Part shown: piece by piece, positions 12,249 through 26,512 of the stretch
How the letters are laid out: every line of letters begins with the position of its first letter
Position numbering within the stretch: position 1 is the first letter of the stretch
NCBI GenBank assembly: GCA_009914755.4
Contig: CP086569.2
Span: forward strand, 28,800,001-28,864,000
Length of the DNA: 64,000 bases
Source of the DNA: the human T2T-CHM13v2.0 reference genome, Homo sapiens
Direction: 5' to 3'
Notes under the pieces: generated by a model
The model's database searches: none
What the model was told of the DNA's origin: nothing
What the model saw: the letters and a program-made list of their open reading frames with translations, nothing else
Made by a program: the position numbers and the translations under genes

Positions 12249-14624
12249 TTGCATTGCATTCCATTCCGTTTGATTCCAGTCCATTCAAGAAAGTTCCATT
12301 CCAGTCCATTGCTTTCGAGTCCATTCCATTCCACTGTAGTCTATTCCACTCCATTCCTTTCCATTCCATTCCATACTATTCCATTCCATTCCTTTGCATT
12401 CCGTTTCCAATCTATTCGAGTCCATTACATTCCAGTCCAATCCATTCGATTACATTCCTCTTGATTCCCTGCCAGTCGATTGCATTGCATACTAGACCAT
12501 TCCAAAGGAGTCCATTCCATTCTATTTCAACACTTTCCATTCCACTCTGTTCGAGTCCATTCCATTCCAGTCCATTTAATTCAAGGGCATTCCATTCCAT
12601 TCCATTCCATTTCATATTATTCTATTCCATTCAATTCCATTCCAGATGATTCCGTTCCATTCTATACCATTGCTCTCTGTTCCATTCCATTCCATCTGTC
12701 TCCATTCCTTTCGTTTCGATTCCTTTCCATTCCATTCCATTACATTTGATCCTATTTTATTAAATTGCATTCTATTCGAGTGATTTCCATTCGAGTCCTT
12801 TCCATTCGATTCCATTCCATTCTATTCCATTCCTTTGGATTCCATTCCATTCCGTTCCGTTCACATCAATTCCTTGCGATTCCATTACATTCGATTTCTT
12901 GCCATTCGATTCCATTCCTTTTGACTCCATTTCATTCGATTCCATTCCATTCCATTAATTTCCATTCCATTCGAGACCTTTCCATTGCAGTCATTTCCCT
13001 TCGAGTCCATTCCGTTCGATTCCCTTCCATTGGAGTCCGTACCAGTCGAGTCCATTCTATTCCAGTCCATTAGTTTCGACTCCATTGCATTCGAGTGCAT
13101 TCCATTCCGTGGCTGTCCATTCCATTCCGTTTGATGCCATTCCATACGATTCCATTCAATTCGAGACCATTCTATTCCTGTCCATTCCTTGTGGTTCGAT
13201 TCCATTTTACTCTAGTCCATTCCATTCCATTGAATTCCATTGGACTCTATTCCGTTCCATTCAATTCCATTCCATTCGACTCCATTTTTTTCGAGAACCT
13301 TCCATTACACTCCCTTCCATTCCAGTGCATTCCATTCCAGTCTCTTCAGTTCTATTCCATTCCATTCGTTTCGATTCCATTCCACTCCAGCCCATTCCAT
13401 TCCATTCCATTCCTTTCTTTCCGTTTCATTAGATTCCATTGCATTCAATTCCATTCAATTCAATTCCGTGCTATTCAATTTGATTCCTTTCCATTTAATT
13501 CCATAGCATTAGATTCCATTCCGTTCGATTCCATTCCATTTGATGCCATTCCATTTGATGCCATTCCGTGACATTCCATTCCATTCGAGTCCATTCCATC
13601 CAATTCATTCCATTCCGTTTCATGAAATTCGAGTCCTTTCCAGTACATTTCATTCCAATCCCATCCAGTCCAATCTATTCCATTCAATTCCTTTCCCTTC
13701 CATTTGATTATATTCCATTGATTTGATTCCATTCAGTTTGATTCCATTCCGTGAAATTTCGTTCCATTCTATTCCATTGCATTACTTTCCATTCAATTCC
13801 ATTCCATTTCATTTCAGTCCATTCGCTTCCTTTCCTTTCGATTCAATTCCATTTGATTCCACTCCATTCTATGCGATTTCATTCCAATCGATTCAATTCC
13901 ATTCAATGACATTCCTTTCCTTTCCATTCCATTCGAGTCCATTCAATTTGAGCATTCGTGTCCATTCTATTCGAGTCCATTCCATTACCGTCTATTCTAT
14001 TCCCTTCCATTCCTGTTGATTCAATTTCATTCCCTTCCATTCAATTCCTTTCCATTCGATTCCATTCCTTTCCATTCCATTCCATTCGTTCCCATTCCAT
14101 GTGATTTCATTCCATTCCAGTCCATTATATTCGAGTCCACTCCACTCCATTCTATTACATTCAATTCCTCATGAGTCCGTTCCATAACACTCCATGCATT
14201 TCGATTCCATTTCTTGCCAGTTTTCTTCCATTTTATTCCATTCCGTTCGATTCCATTCCATTCGATTGCATTCCATTCGATTGCATACCATTCGAATCCT
14301 TTCCATTCCTTTCTATTCCATTCCATTTCATTCGATTTGATTCCATTGTGTTCTATTCCATTCAATTCTTTTTCATTCCATTCGAATCGTTTCTATTGCA
14401 GTCCATTCCATTCGAGTCCATTCCAATCCCTTCCATCCATTCCATTACAGTCCATTCCAATAGATTCCACTCCTTTGCCTTCCATTCGAATCCATTCCAT
14501 TCTAGTCCATTCCATTTGAGTCAATTCCATTCCATTCCCTTCTATTCCTTTCCAATCCATTCGATTCCATTCGATTCAATTCCATTTGATTCTCTTTCAT
14601 TCTATTTTATTCCATGCCATTTGA
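12249..14624. repeat. Array 1 HOR unit u6 (2376 bp, subtype A2).
   Basis: A markers, plus a 1-bp indel (ccattccatccaattc at ~13590) that fuses two minus-strand peptides into the 85-aa ORF at 13475, and a new 88-aa peptide at 13240. Confidence 0.8.
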
Positions 14625-17001
14625 TTGCATTGCATTCCATTCCGTTTGATTCCAGTCCATTCAAGAAAGTTCCATTCCAGTCCATTGCTTTCGAGTACAT
14701 TCCATTCCACTCTAGTCTATTCCACTCCATTCCTTTCCATTCCATTCCATACTATTCCATTCCATTCCTTTGCATTCCGTTTCCAATCTATTCGAGTCCA
14801 TTACATTCCAGTCCAATCCATTCGATTACATTCCCCTTGATTCCCTGCCAGTCGATTGCATTGCATACTAGACCATTCCAAAGGAGTCCATTCCATTCTA
14901 TTTCAACACTTTCCATTCCACTCTGTTCGAGTCCATTCCATTCCAGTCCATTTAATTCAAGGGCATTCCATTCCATTCCCTTCCATTTTATATTATTCTA
15001 TTCCATTCAATTCCATTCCAGATGATTCCATTCCATTCTATACCATTGCTCTCTGTTCCATTCCATTCCATCTGTCTCCATTCCTTTCGTTTCGATTCCT
15101 TTCCATTCCATTCCATTACATTTGATCCTATTTTATTAAATTGCATTCTATTCGAGTGATTTCCATTCGAGTCCTTTCCATTCGATTCCATTCCATTCTA
15201 TTCCATTCCTTTGGATTCCATTCCATTCCGTTCCGTTCATATCAATTCCTTGCCATTCCATTACATTCGATTTCTTGCCATTCGATTCCATTCCTTTTGA
15301 CTCCATTTCATTCGATTCCATTCCATTCCATTAATTTCCATTCCATTCGAGACCTTTCCATTGCAGTCTTTTCCCTTCGAGTCCATTCCGTTCGATTCCC
15401 TTCCATTGGAGTCCGTACCAGTCTAGTCCATTCTATTCCAGTCCATTAGTTTCGACTCCATTGCATTCGAGTGCATTCCATTCCGTGGCTGTCCATTGCA
15501 TTCCGTTTGATGCCATTCCATATGATTCCATTCAATTCGAGACCATTCTATTCCTGTCCATTCCTTGTGGTTCGATTCCATTTTACTCTAGTCCATTCCA
15601 TTCCATTGAATTCCATTCGACTCTATTCCGTTCCATTCAATTCCATTCCATTCGATTCCATTTTTTTCGAGAACCTTCCATTACACTCCCTTCCATTCCA
15701 GTGCATTCCATTCCAGTCTCTTCAGTTCTATTCCATTCCATTCGTTTCGATTCCATTCCACTCCAGCCCATTCCATTCCATTCCATTCCTTTCTTTCCGT
15801 TTCATTAGATTCCATTGCATTCAATTCCATTCAATTCAATTCCGTGCTATTCAATTTGATTCCTTTCCATTTAATTCCATAGCATTAGATTCCATTCCGT
15901 TCGATTCCATTCCATTTGATGCCATTCCATTTGATGCCATTCCGTGACATTCCATTCCATTCGAGTCCATTCCGTTCCAATTCATTCCATTCCGTTTCAT
16001 GAAATTCGATTCCTTTCCAGTACATTTCATTCCAATCCCATCCAATCCAATCTATTCCATTCAATTCCTTTCCCTTCCATTTGATTATATTCCATTGATT
16101 TGATTCCATTCAGTTTGATTCCATTCCGTGAAATTTCGTTCCATTCTATTCCATTGCATTACTTTCCATTCAATTCCATTCCATTTCATTTCTGTCCATT
16201 CGCTTCCTTTCCTTTCGATTCAATTCCATTTGATTCCACTCCATTCTATGCGATTTCATTGCAATCGATTCAATTCCATTCGATGACATTCCTTTCGTTT
16301 CCATTCCATTAGAGTCCATTCAATTTGAGCATTCGTGTCCATTCTATTCGAGTCCATTCCATTACCGTCTATTCTATTCCCTTCCATTCCTGTTGATTCA
16401 ATTTCATTCCCTTCCATTCGATTCCTTTCCATTCGATTCCATTCCTTTCCATTCCATTCCATTCGTTCCCATTCCATGTGATTTCATTCCATTCCAGTGC
16501 ATTATATTCGAGTCCACTCCACTCCATTCTATTACATTCAATTCCTCATGAGTCCGTTACATAACACTCCCTGCATTTCGATTCCATTTCTTGCCAGTTT
16601 TCTTCCATTTTATTGCATTCCGTTCGATTCCATTCCATTCGATTGCATTCCATTCGATTGCATTCCATTCGAATCCTTTCCATTCCTTTCTATTCCATTC
16701 CATTTCATTCGATTTGATTCCATTCTGTTCTATTCCATTCAATTCTTTTTCATTCCATTCGAATCCTTTCTATTGCAGTCCATTCCATTCGAGTCCATTC
16801 CAATCCCTTCCATCCATTCCATTACACTCCATTCCAATAGATTCCACTCCTTTGCCTTCCATTCGAATCCATTCCATTCTAGTCCATTCCATTTGAGTCA
16901 ATTCCATTCCATTCCATTCTATTCCTTTCCAATCCATTCGATTCCATTCGATTCAATTCCATTTAATTCTCTTTCATTCTATTTTATTCCATGCCATTTG
17001 A
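14625..17001. repeat. Array 1 HOR unit u7 (2377 bp, subtype B').
   Basis: B markers at 15851, 15885, 16100 and 16497 (SPLH variant). The tail carries the SIPLHSIPID variant. Confidence 0.8.
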
Positions 17002-19377
17002 TTGCATTGCATTCCATTCCGTTTGATTCCAGTCCATTCAAGAAAGTTCCATTCCAGTCCATTGCTTTCGAGTCCATTCCATTCCACTGTAGTCTATTCC
17101 ACTCCATTCCTTTCCATTCCATTCCATACTATTCCATTCCATTCCTTTGCATTCCGTTTCCAATCTATTCGAGTCCATTACATTCCAGTCCAATCCATTC
17201 GATTACATTCCTCTTGATTCCCTGCCAGTCGATTGCATTGCATACTAGACCATTCCAAACGAGTCCATTCCATTCTATTTCAACACTTTCCATTCCACTC
17301 TGTTCGAGTCCATTCCATTCCAGTCCATTTAATTCAAGGGCATTCCATTCCATTCCATTCCATTTCATATTATTCTATTCCATTCAATTCCATTCCAGAT
17401 GATTCCGTTCCATTCTATACCATTGCTCTCTGTTCCATTCCATTCCATCTGTCTCCATTCCTTTCGTTTCAATTCCTTTCCATTCCATTCCATTACATTT
17501 GATCCTATTTTATTAAATTGCATTCTATTCGAGTGATTTCCATTCGAGTCCTTTCCATTCGATTCCATTCCATTCTATTCCATTCCTTTGGATTCCATTC
17601 CATTCCGTTCCGTTCACATCAATTCCTTGCGATTCCATTACATTCGATTTCTTGCCATTCGATTCCATTCCTTTTGACTCCATTTCATTCGATTCCATTC
17701 CATTCCATTAATTTCCATTCCATTCGAGACCTTTCCATTGCAGTCTTTTCCCTTCGAGTCCATTCCGTTCGATTCCCTTCCATTGGAGTCCGTACCAGTC
17801 GAGTCCATTCTATTCCAGTCCATTAGTTTCGACTCCATTGCATTCGAGTGCATTCCATTCCGTGGCTGTCCATTCCATTCCGTTTGATGCCATTCCATAC
17901 GATTCCATTCAATTCGAGACCATTCTATTCCTGTCCATTCCTTGTGGTTCGATTCCATTTTACTCTAGTCCATTCCATTCCATTGAATTCCATTCGACTC
18001 TATTCCGTTCCATTCAATTCCATTCCATTCGACTCCATTTTTTTCGAGAACCTTCCATTACACTCCCTTCCATTCCAGTGCATTCCATTCCAGTCTCTTC
18101 AGTTCTATTCCATTCCATTCGTTTCGATTCCATTCCACTCCAGCCCATTCCATTCCATTCCATTCCTTTCTTTCCGTTTCATTAGATTCCATTGCATTCA
18201 ATTCCATTCAATTCAATTCCGTGCTATTCAATTTGATTCCTTTCCATTTAATTCCATAGCATTAGATTCCATTCCGTTCGATTCCATTCCATTTGATGCC
18301 ATTCCATTTGATGCCATTCCGTGACATTCCATTCCATTCGAGTCCATTCCATCCAATTCATTCCATTCCGTTTCATGAAATTCGAGTCCTTTCCAGTACA
18401 TTTCATTCCAATCCCATCCAGTCCAATCTATTCCATTCAATTCCTTTCCCTTCCATTTGATTATATTCCATTGATTTGATTCCATTCAGTTTGATTCCAT
18501 TCCGTGAAATTTCGTTCCATTCTATTCCATTGCATTACTTTCCATTCAATTCCATTCCATTTCATTTCAGTCCATTCGCTTCCTTTCCTTTCGATTCAAT
18601 TCCATTTGATTCCACTCCATTCTATGCGATTTCATTCCAATCGATTCAATTCCATTCAATGACATTCCTTTCGTTTCCATTCCATTCGAGTCCATTCAAT
18701 TTGAGCATTCGTGTCCATTCTATTCGAGTCCATTCCATTACCGTCTATTCTATTCCCTTCCATTCCTGTTGATTCAATTTCATTCCCTTCCATTCAATTC
18801 CTTTCCATTCGATTCCATTCCTTTCCATTCCATTCCATTCGTTCCCATTCCATGTGATTTCATTCCATTCCAGTCCATTATATTCGAGTCCACTCCACTC
18901 CATTCTATTACATTCAATTCCTCATGAGTCCGTTCCATAACACTCCATGCATTTCGATTCCATTTCTTGCCAGTTTTCTTCCATTTTATTCCATTCCGTT
19001 CGATTCCATTCCATTCGATTGCATTCCATTCGATTGCATACCATTCGAATCCTTTCCATTCCTTTCTATTCCATTCCATTTCATTCGATTTGATTCCATT
19101 CTGTTCTATTCCATTCAATTCTTTTTCATTCCATTCGAATCCTTTCTATTGCAGTCCATTCCATTCGAGTCCATTCCAATCCCTTCCATCCATTCCATTA
19201 CAGTCCATTCCAATAGATTCCACTCCTTTGCCTTCCATTCGAATCCATTCCATTCTAGTCCATTCCATTTGAGTCAATTCCATTCCATTCCATTCTATTC
19301 CTTTCCAATCCATTCGATTCCATTCGATTCAATTCCATTTGATTCTCTTTCATTCTATTTTATTCCATGCCATTTGA
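17002..19377. repeat. Array 1 HOR unit u8 (2376 bp, subtype A2).
   Basis: 85-aa fused peptide at 18228, 98-aa peptide at 18476, hybrid Q/Y tail peptide at 18780. Confidence 0.8.
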
Positions 19378-21754
19378 TTGCATTGCATTCCATTCCGTTT
19401 GATTCCAGTCCATTCAAGAAAGTTCCATTCCAGTCCATTGCTTTCGAGTCCATTCCATTCCACTCTAGTCTATTCCACTCCATTCCTTTCCATTCCATTC
19501 CATACTATTCCATTCCATTCCTTTGCATTCCGTTTCCAATCTATTCGAGTCCATTACATTCCAGTCCAATCCATTCGATTACATTCCTCTTGATTCCCTG
19601 CCAGTCGATTGCATTGCATACTAGACCATTCCAAAGGAGTCCATTCCATTCTATTTCAACACTTCCCATTCCACTCTGTTCGAGTCCATTCCATTCCAGT
19701 CCATTTAATTCAAGGGCATTCCATTCCATTCCATTCCATTTCATATTATTCTATTCCATTCAATTCCATTCCAGATGATTCCATTCCATTCTATACCATT
19801 GCTCTCTGTTCCATTCCATTCCATCTGTCTCCATTCCTTTCGTTTCGATTCCTTTCCATTCCATTCCATTACATTTGATCCTATTTTATTAAATTGCATT
19901 CTATTCGAGTGATTTCCATTCGAGTCCTTTCCATTCGATTCCATTCCATTCTATTCCATTCCTTTGGATTCCATTCCATTCCGTTCCGTTCATATCAATT
20001 CCTTGCCATTCCATTACATTCGATTTCTTGCCATTCGATTCCATTCCTTTTGACTCCATTTCATTCGATTCCATTCCATTCCATTAATTTCCATTCCATT
20101 CGAGACCTTTCCATTGCAGTCTTTTCCCTTCGAGTCCATTCCGTTCGATTCCCTTCCATTGGAGTCCGTACCAGTCTAGTCCATTCTATTCCAGTCCATT
20201 AGTTTCGACTCCATTGCATTCGAGTGCATTCCATTCCGTGGCTGTCCATTGCATTCCGTTTGATGCCATTCCATATGATTCCATTCAATTCGAGACCATT
20301 CTATTCCTTTCCATTCCTTGTGGTTCGATTCCATTTTACTCTAGTCCATTCCATTCCATTGAATTCCATTCGACTCTATTCCGTTCCATTCAATTCCATT
20401 CCATTCGATTCCATTTTTTTCGAGAACCTTCCATTACACTCCCTTCCATTCCAGTGCATTCCATTCCAGTCTCTTCAGTTCTATTCCATTCCATTCGTTT
20501 CGATTCCATTCCACTCCAGCCCATTCCATTCCATTCCATTCCTTTCTTTCCGTTTCATTAGATTCCATTGCATTCAATTCCATTCAAATCAATTCCGTGC
20601 TATTCAATTTGATTCCTTTCCATTTAATTCCATAGCATTAGATTCCATTCCGTTCGATTCCATTCCATTTGATGCCATTCCATTTGATGCCATTCCGTGA
20701 CATTCCATTCCATTCGAGTCCATTCCGTTCCAATTCATTCCATTCCGTTTCATGAAATTCGAGTCCTTTCCAGTACATTTCATTCCAATCCCATCCAATC
20801 CAATCTATTCCATTCAATTCCTTTCCCTTCCATTTGATTATATTCCATTGATTTGATTCCATTCAGTTTGATTCCATTCCGTGAAATTTCGTTCCATTCT
20901 ATTCCATTGCATTACTTTCCATTCAATTCCATTCCATTTCATTTCTGTCCATTCGCTTCCTTTCCTTTCGATTCAATTCCATTTGATTCCACTCCATTCT
21001 ATGCGATTTCATTGCAATCGATTCAATTCCATTCGATGACATTCCTTTCGTTTCCATTCCATTAGAGTCCATTCAATTTGAGCATTCGTGTCCATTCTAT
21101 TCGAGTCCATTCCATTACCGTCTATTCTATTCCCTTCCATTCCTGTTGATTCAATTTCATTCCCTTCCATTCGATTCCTTTCCATTCGATTCCATTCCTT
21201 TCCATTCCATTCCATTCGTTCCCATTCCATGTGATTTCATTCCATTCCAGTGCATTATATTCGAGTCCACTCCACTCCATTCTATTACATTCAATTCCTC
21301 ATGAGTCCGTTCCATAACACTCCCTGCATTTCGATTCCATTTCTTGCCAGTTTTCTTCCATTTTATTGCATTCCGTTCGATTCCATTCCATTCGATTGCA
21401 TTCCATTCGATTGCATTCCATTCGAATCCTTTCCATTCCTTTCTATTCCATTCCATTTCATTCGATTTGATTCCATTCTGTTCTATTCCATTCAATTCTT
21501 TTTCATTCCATTCGAATCCTTTCTATTGCAGTCCATTCCATTCGAGTCCATTCCAATCCCTTCCATCCATTCCATTACAGTCCATTCCAATAGATTCCAC
21601 TCCTTTGCCTTCCATTCGAATCCATTCCATTCTAGTCCATTCCATTTGAGTCAATTCCATTCCATTCCATTCTATTCCTTTCCAATCCATTCGATTCCAT
21701 TCGATTCAATTCCATTTAATTCTCTTTCATTCTATTTTATTCCATGCCATTTGA
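19378..21754. repeat. Array 1 HOR unit u9 (2377 bp, subtype B).
   Basis: B markers at 20604, 20638, 20853 and 21250. The 301-aa peptide is identical to the one at 4613. Confidence 0.8.
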
Positions 21755-24131
21755 TTGCATTGCATTCCATTCCGTTTGATTCCAGTCCATTCAAGAAAGT
21801 TCCATTCCAGTCCATTGCTTTCGAGTCCATTCCATTCCACTCTAGTCTATTCCACTCCATTCCTTTCCATTCCATTCCATACTATTCCATTCCATTCCTT
21901 TGCATTCCGTTTCCAATCTATTCGAGTCCATTACATTCCAGTCCAATCCATTCGATTACATTCCTCTTGATTCCCTGCCAGTCGATTGCATTGCATACTA
22001 GACCATTCCAAAGGAGTCCATTCCATTCTATTTCAACACTTTCCATTCCACTCTGTTCGAGTCCATTCCATTCCAGTCCATTTAATTCAAGGGCATTCCA
22101 TTCCATTCCCTTCCATTTTATATTATTCTATTCCATTCAATTCCATTCCAGATGATTCCATTCCATTCTATACCATTGCTCTCTGTTCCATTCCATTCCA
22201 TCTGTCTCCATTCCTTTCGTTTCGATTCCTTTCCATTCCATTCCATTACATTTGATCCTATTTTATTAAATTGCATTCTATTCGAGTGATTTCCATTCGA
22301 GTCCTTTCCATTCGATTCCATTCCATTCTATTCCATTCCTTTGGATTCCATTCCATTCCGTTCCGTTCACATCAATTCCTTGCGATTCCATTACATTCGA
22401 TTTCTTGCCATTCGATTCCATTCCTTTTGACTCCATTTCATTCGATTCCATTCCATTCCATTAATTTCCATTCCATTCGAGACCTTTCCATTGCAGTCTT
22501 TTCCCTTCGAGTCCATTCCGTTCGATTCCCTTCCATTGGAGTCCGTACCAGTCGAGTCCATTCTATTCCAGTCCATTAGTTTCGACTCCATTGCATTCGA
22601 GTGCATTCCATTCCGTGGCTGTCCATTCCATTCCGTTTGATGCCATTCCATACGATTCCATTCAATTCGAGACCATTCTATTCCTGTCCATTCCTTGTGG
22701 TTCGATTCCATTTTACTCTAGTCCATTCCATTCCATTGAATTCCATTCGACTCTATTCCGTTCCATTCAATTCCATTCCATTCGATTCCATTTTTTTCGA
22801 GAACCTTCCATTACACTCCCTTCCATTCCAGTGCATTCCATTCCAGTCTATTCAGTTCTATTCCATTCCATTCGTTTCGATTCCATTCCTCTCCAGCCCA
22901 TTCCATTCCATTCCATTCCTTTCTTTCCGTTTCATTAGATTCCATTGCATTCAATTCCATTCAATTCAATTCCGTGCTATTCAATTTGATTCCTTTCCAT
23001 TTAATTCCATAGCATTAGATTCCATTCCGTTCGATTCCATTCCATTTGATGCCATTCCATTTGATGTCATTCCGTGACATTCCATTCCATTCGAGTCCAT
23101 TCCGTTCCAATTCATTCCATTCCGTTTCATGAAATTCGAGTCCTCTCCAGTACATTTCATTCCAATCCCAACCAATCCAATCTATTCCATTCAATTCCTT
23201 TCCCTTCCATTTGATTATATTCCATTGATTTGATTCCATTCAGTTTGATTCCATTCCGTGAAATTTCGTTCCATTCTATTCCATTGCATTACTTTCCATT
23301 CAATTCCATTCCATTTCATTTCTGTCCATTCGCTTCCTTTCCTTTCGATTCAATTCCATTTGATTCCACTCCATTCTATGCGATTTCATTGCAATCAATT
23401 CAATTCCATTCGATGACATTCCTTTCGTTTCCATTCCATTCGAGTCCATTCAATTTGAGCATTCGTGTCCATTCTATTCGAGTCCATTCCATTACCGTCT
23501 ATTCTATTCCCTTCCATTCCTGTTGATTCAATTTCATTCCCTTCCATTCAATTCCTTTCCATTCGATTCCATTCCTTTCCATTCCATTCCATTCGTTCCC
23601 ATTCCATGTGATTTCATTCCATTCCAGTGCATTATATTTGAGTCCACTCCACTCCATTCTATTACATTCAATTCCTCATGAGTCCGTTCCATAACACTCC
23701 CTGCATTTCGATTCCATTTCTTGCCAGTTTTCTTCCATTTTATTGCATTCCGTTCGATTCCATTCCATTCGATTGCATTCCATTCGATTGCATTCCATTC
23801 GAATCCTTTCCATTCCTTTCTATTCCATTCCATTTCATTCGATTTGATTCCATTCTGTTCTATTCCATTCAATTCTTTTTCATTCCATTCGAATCCTTTC
23901 TATTGCAGTCCATTCCATTCGAGTCCATTCCAATCCCTTCCATCCATTCCATTACACTCCATTCCAATAGATTCCACTCCTTTGCCTTCCATTCGAATCC
24001 ATTCCATTCTAGTCCATTCCATTTGAGTCAATTCCATTCCATTCCATTCTATTCCTTTCCAATCCATTCGATTCCATTCGATTCAATTCCATTTAATTCT
24101 CTTTCATTCTATTTTATTCCATGCCATTTGA
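21755..24131. repeat. Array 1 HOR unit u10 (2377 bp, subtype C).
   Basis: MVGIG (22981) and MYWRG (23015) variants exactly 11,883 bp after u5. The same private variants as u5 appear at ~23398 and ~23636. Confidence 0.8.
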
Positions 24132-26512
24132 TTGCATTGCATTCCATTCCGTTTGATTCCAGTCCATTCAAGAAAGTTCCATTCCAGTCCATTGCTTTCG
24201 AGTCCATTCCATTCCACTGTAGTCTATTCCACTCCATTCCTTTCCATTCCATTCCATACTATTCCATTCCATTCCTTTGCATTCCGTTTCCAATCTATTC
24301 GAGTCCATTACATTCCAGTCCAATCCATTCGATTACATTCCTCTTGATTCCCTGCCAGTCGATTGCATTGCATACTAGACCATTCCAAAGGAGTCCATTC
24401 CATTCTATTTCAACACTTTCCATTCCACTCTGTTCGAGTCCATTCCATTCCAGTCCATTTAATTCAAGGGCATTCCATTCCATTCCATTCCATTTCATAT
24501 TATTCTATTCCATTCAATTCCATTCCAGATGATTCCGTTCCATTCTATACCATTGCTCTCTGTTCCATTCCATTCCATCTGTCTCCATTCCTTTCGTTTC
24601 GATTCCTTTCCATTCCATTCCATTACATTTGATCCTATTTTATTAAATTGCATTCTATTCGAGTGATTTCCATTCGAGTCCTTTCCATTCGATTCCATTC
24701 CATTCTATTCCATTCCTTTGGATTCCATTCCATTCCGTTCCGTTCACATCAATTCCTTGCGATTCCATTACATTCGATTTCTTGCCATTCGATTCCATTC
24801 CTTTTGACTCCATTTCATTCGATTCCATTCCATTCCATTAATTTCCATTCCATTCGAGACCTTTCCATTGCAGTCATTTCCCTTCGAGTCCATTCCGTTC
24901 GATTCCCTTCCATTGGAGTCCGTACCAGTCGAGTCCATTCTATTCCAGTCCATTAGTTTCGACTCCATTGCATTCGAGTGCATTCCATTCCGTGGCTGTC
25001 CATTCCATTCCGTTTGATGCCATTCCATACGATTCCATTCAATTCGAGACCATTCTATTCCTGTCCATTCCTTGTGGTTCGATTCCATTTTACTCTAGTC
25101 CATTCCATTCCATTCCATTGAATTCCATTGGACTCTATTCCGTTCCATTCAATTCCATTCCATTCGACTCCATTTTTTTCGAGAACCTTCCATTACACTC
25201 CCTTCCATTCCAGTGCATTCCATTCCAGTCTCTTCAGTTCTATTCCATTCCATTCGTTTCGATTCCATTCCACTCCAGCCCATTCCATTCCATTCCATTC
25301 CTTTCTTTCCGTTTCATTAGATTCCATTGCATTCAATTCCATTCAATTCAATTCCGTGCTATTCAATTTGATTCCTTTCCATTTAATTCCATAGCATTAG
25401 ATTCCATTCCGTTTGATTCCATTCCATTTGATGCCATTCCATTTGATGCCATTCCGTGACATTCCATTCCATTCGAGTCCATTCCATCCAATTCATTCCA
25501 TTCCGTTTCATGAAATTCGAGTCCTTTCCAGTACATTTCATTCCAATCCCATCCAGTCCAATCTATTCCATTCAATTCCTTTCCCTTCCATTTGATTATA
25601 TTCCATTGATTTGATTCCATTCAGTTTGATTCCATTCCGTGAAATTTCGTTCCATTCTATTCCATTGCATTACTTTCCATTCAATTCCATTCCATTTCAT
25701 TTCAGTCCATTCGCTTCCTTTCCTTTCGATTCAATTCCATTTGATTCCACTCCATTCTATGCGATTTCATTCCAATCGATTCAATTCCATTCAATGACAT
25801 TCCTTTCCTTTCCATTCCATTCGAGTCCATTCAATTTGAGCATTCGTGTCCATTCTATTCGAGTCCATTCCATTACCGTCTATTCTATTCCCTTCCATTC
25901 CTGTTGATTCAATTTCATTCCCTTCCATTCAATTCCTTTCCATTCGATTCCATTCCTTTCCATTCCATTCCATTCGTTCCCATTCCATGTGATTTCATTC
26001 CATTCCAGTCCATTATATTCGAGTCCACTCCACTCCATTCTATTACATTCAATTCCTCATGAGTCCGTTCCATAACACTCCATGCATTTCGATTCCATTT
26101 CTTGCCAGTTTTCTTCCATTTTATTCCATTCCGTTCGATTCCATTCCATTCGATTGCATTCCATTCGATTGCATACCATTCGAATCCTTTCCATTCCTTT
26201 CTATTCCATTCCATTTCATTCGATTTGATTCCATTGTGTTCTATTCCATTCAATTCTTTTTCATTCCATTCGAATCGTTTCTATTGCAGTCCATTCCATT
26301 CGAGTCCATTCCAATCCCTTCCATCCATTCCATTACAGTCCATTCCAATAGATTCCACTCCTTTGCCTTCCATTCGAATCCATTCCATTCTAGTCCATTC
26401 CATTTGAGTCAATTCCATTCCATTCCATTCTATTCCTTTCCAATCCATTCGATTCCATTCGATTCAATTCCATTTGATTCTCTTTCATTCTATTTTATTC
26501 CATGCCATTTGA
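24132..26512. repeat. Array 1 HOR unit u11 (2381 bp, subtype A2, with one extra pentamer).
   Basis: 85-aa peptide at 25363 and 88-aa peptide at 25128, each 11,888 bp after its u6 counterpart. An extra 'cattc' near 25101-25116 gives the 2381-bp length. Confidence 0.8.
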
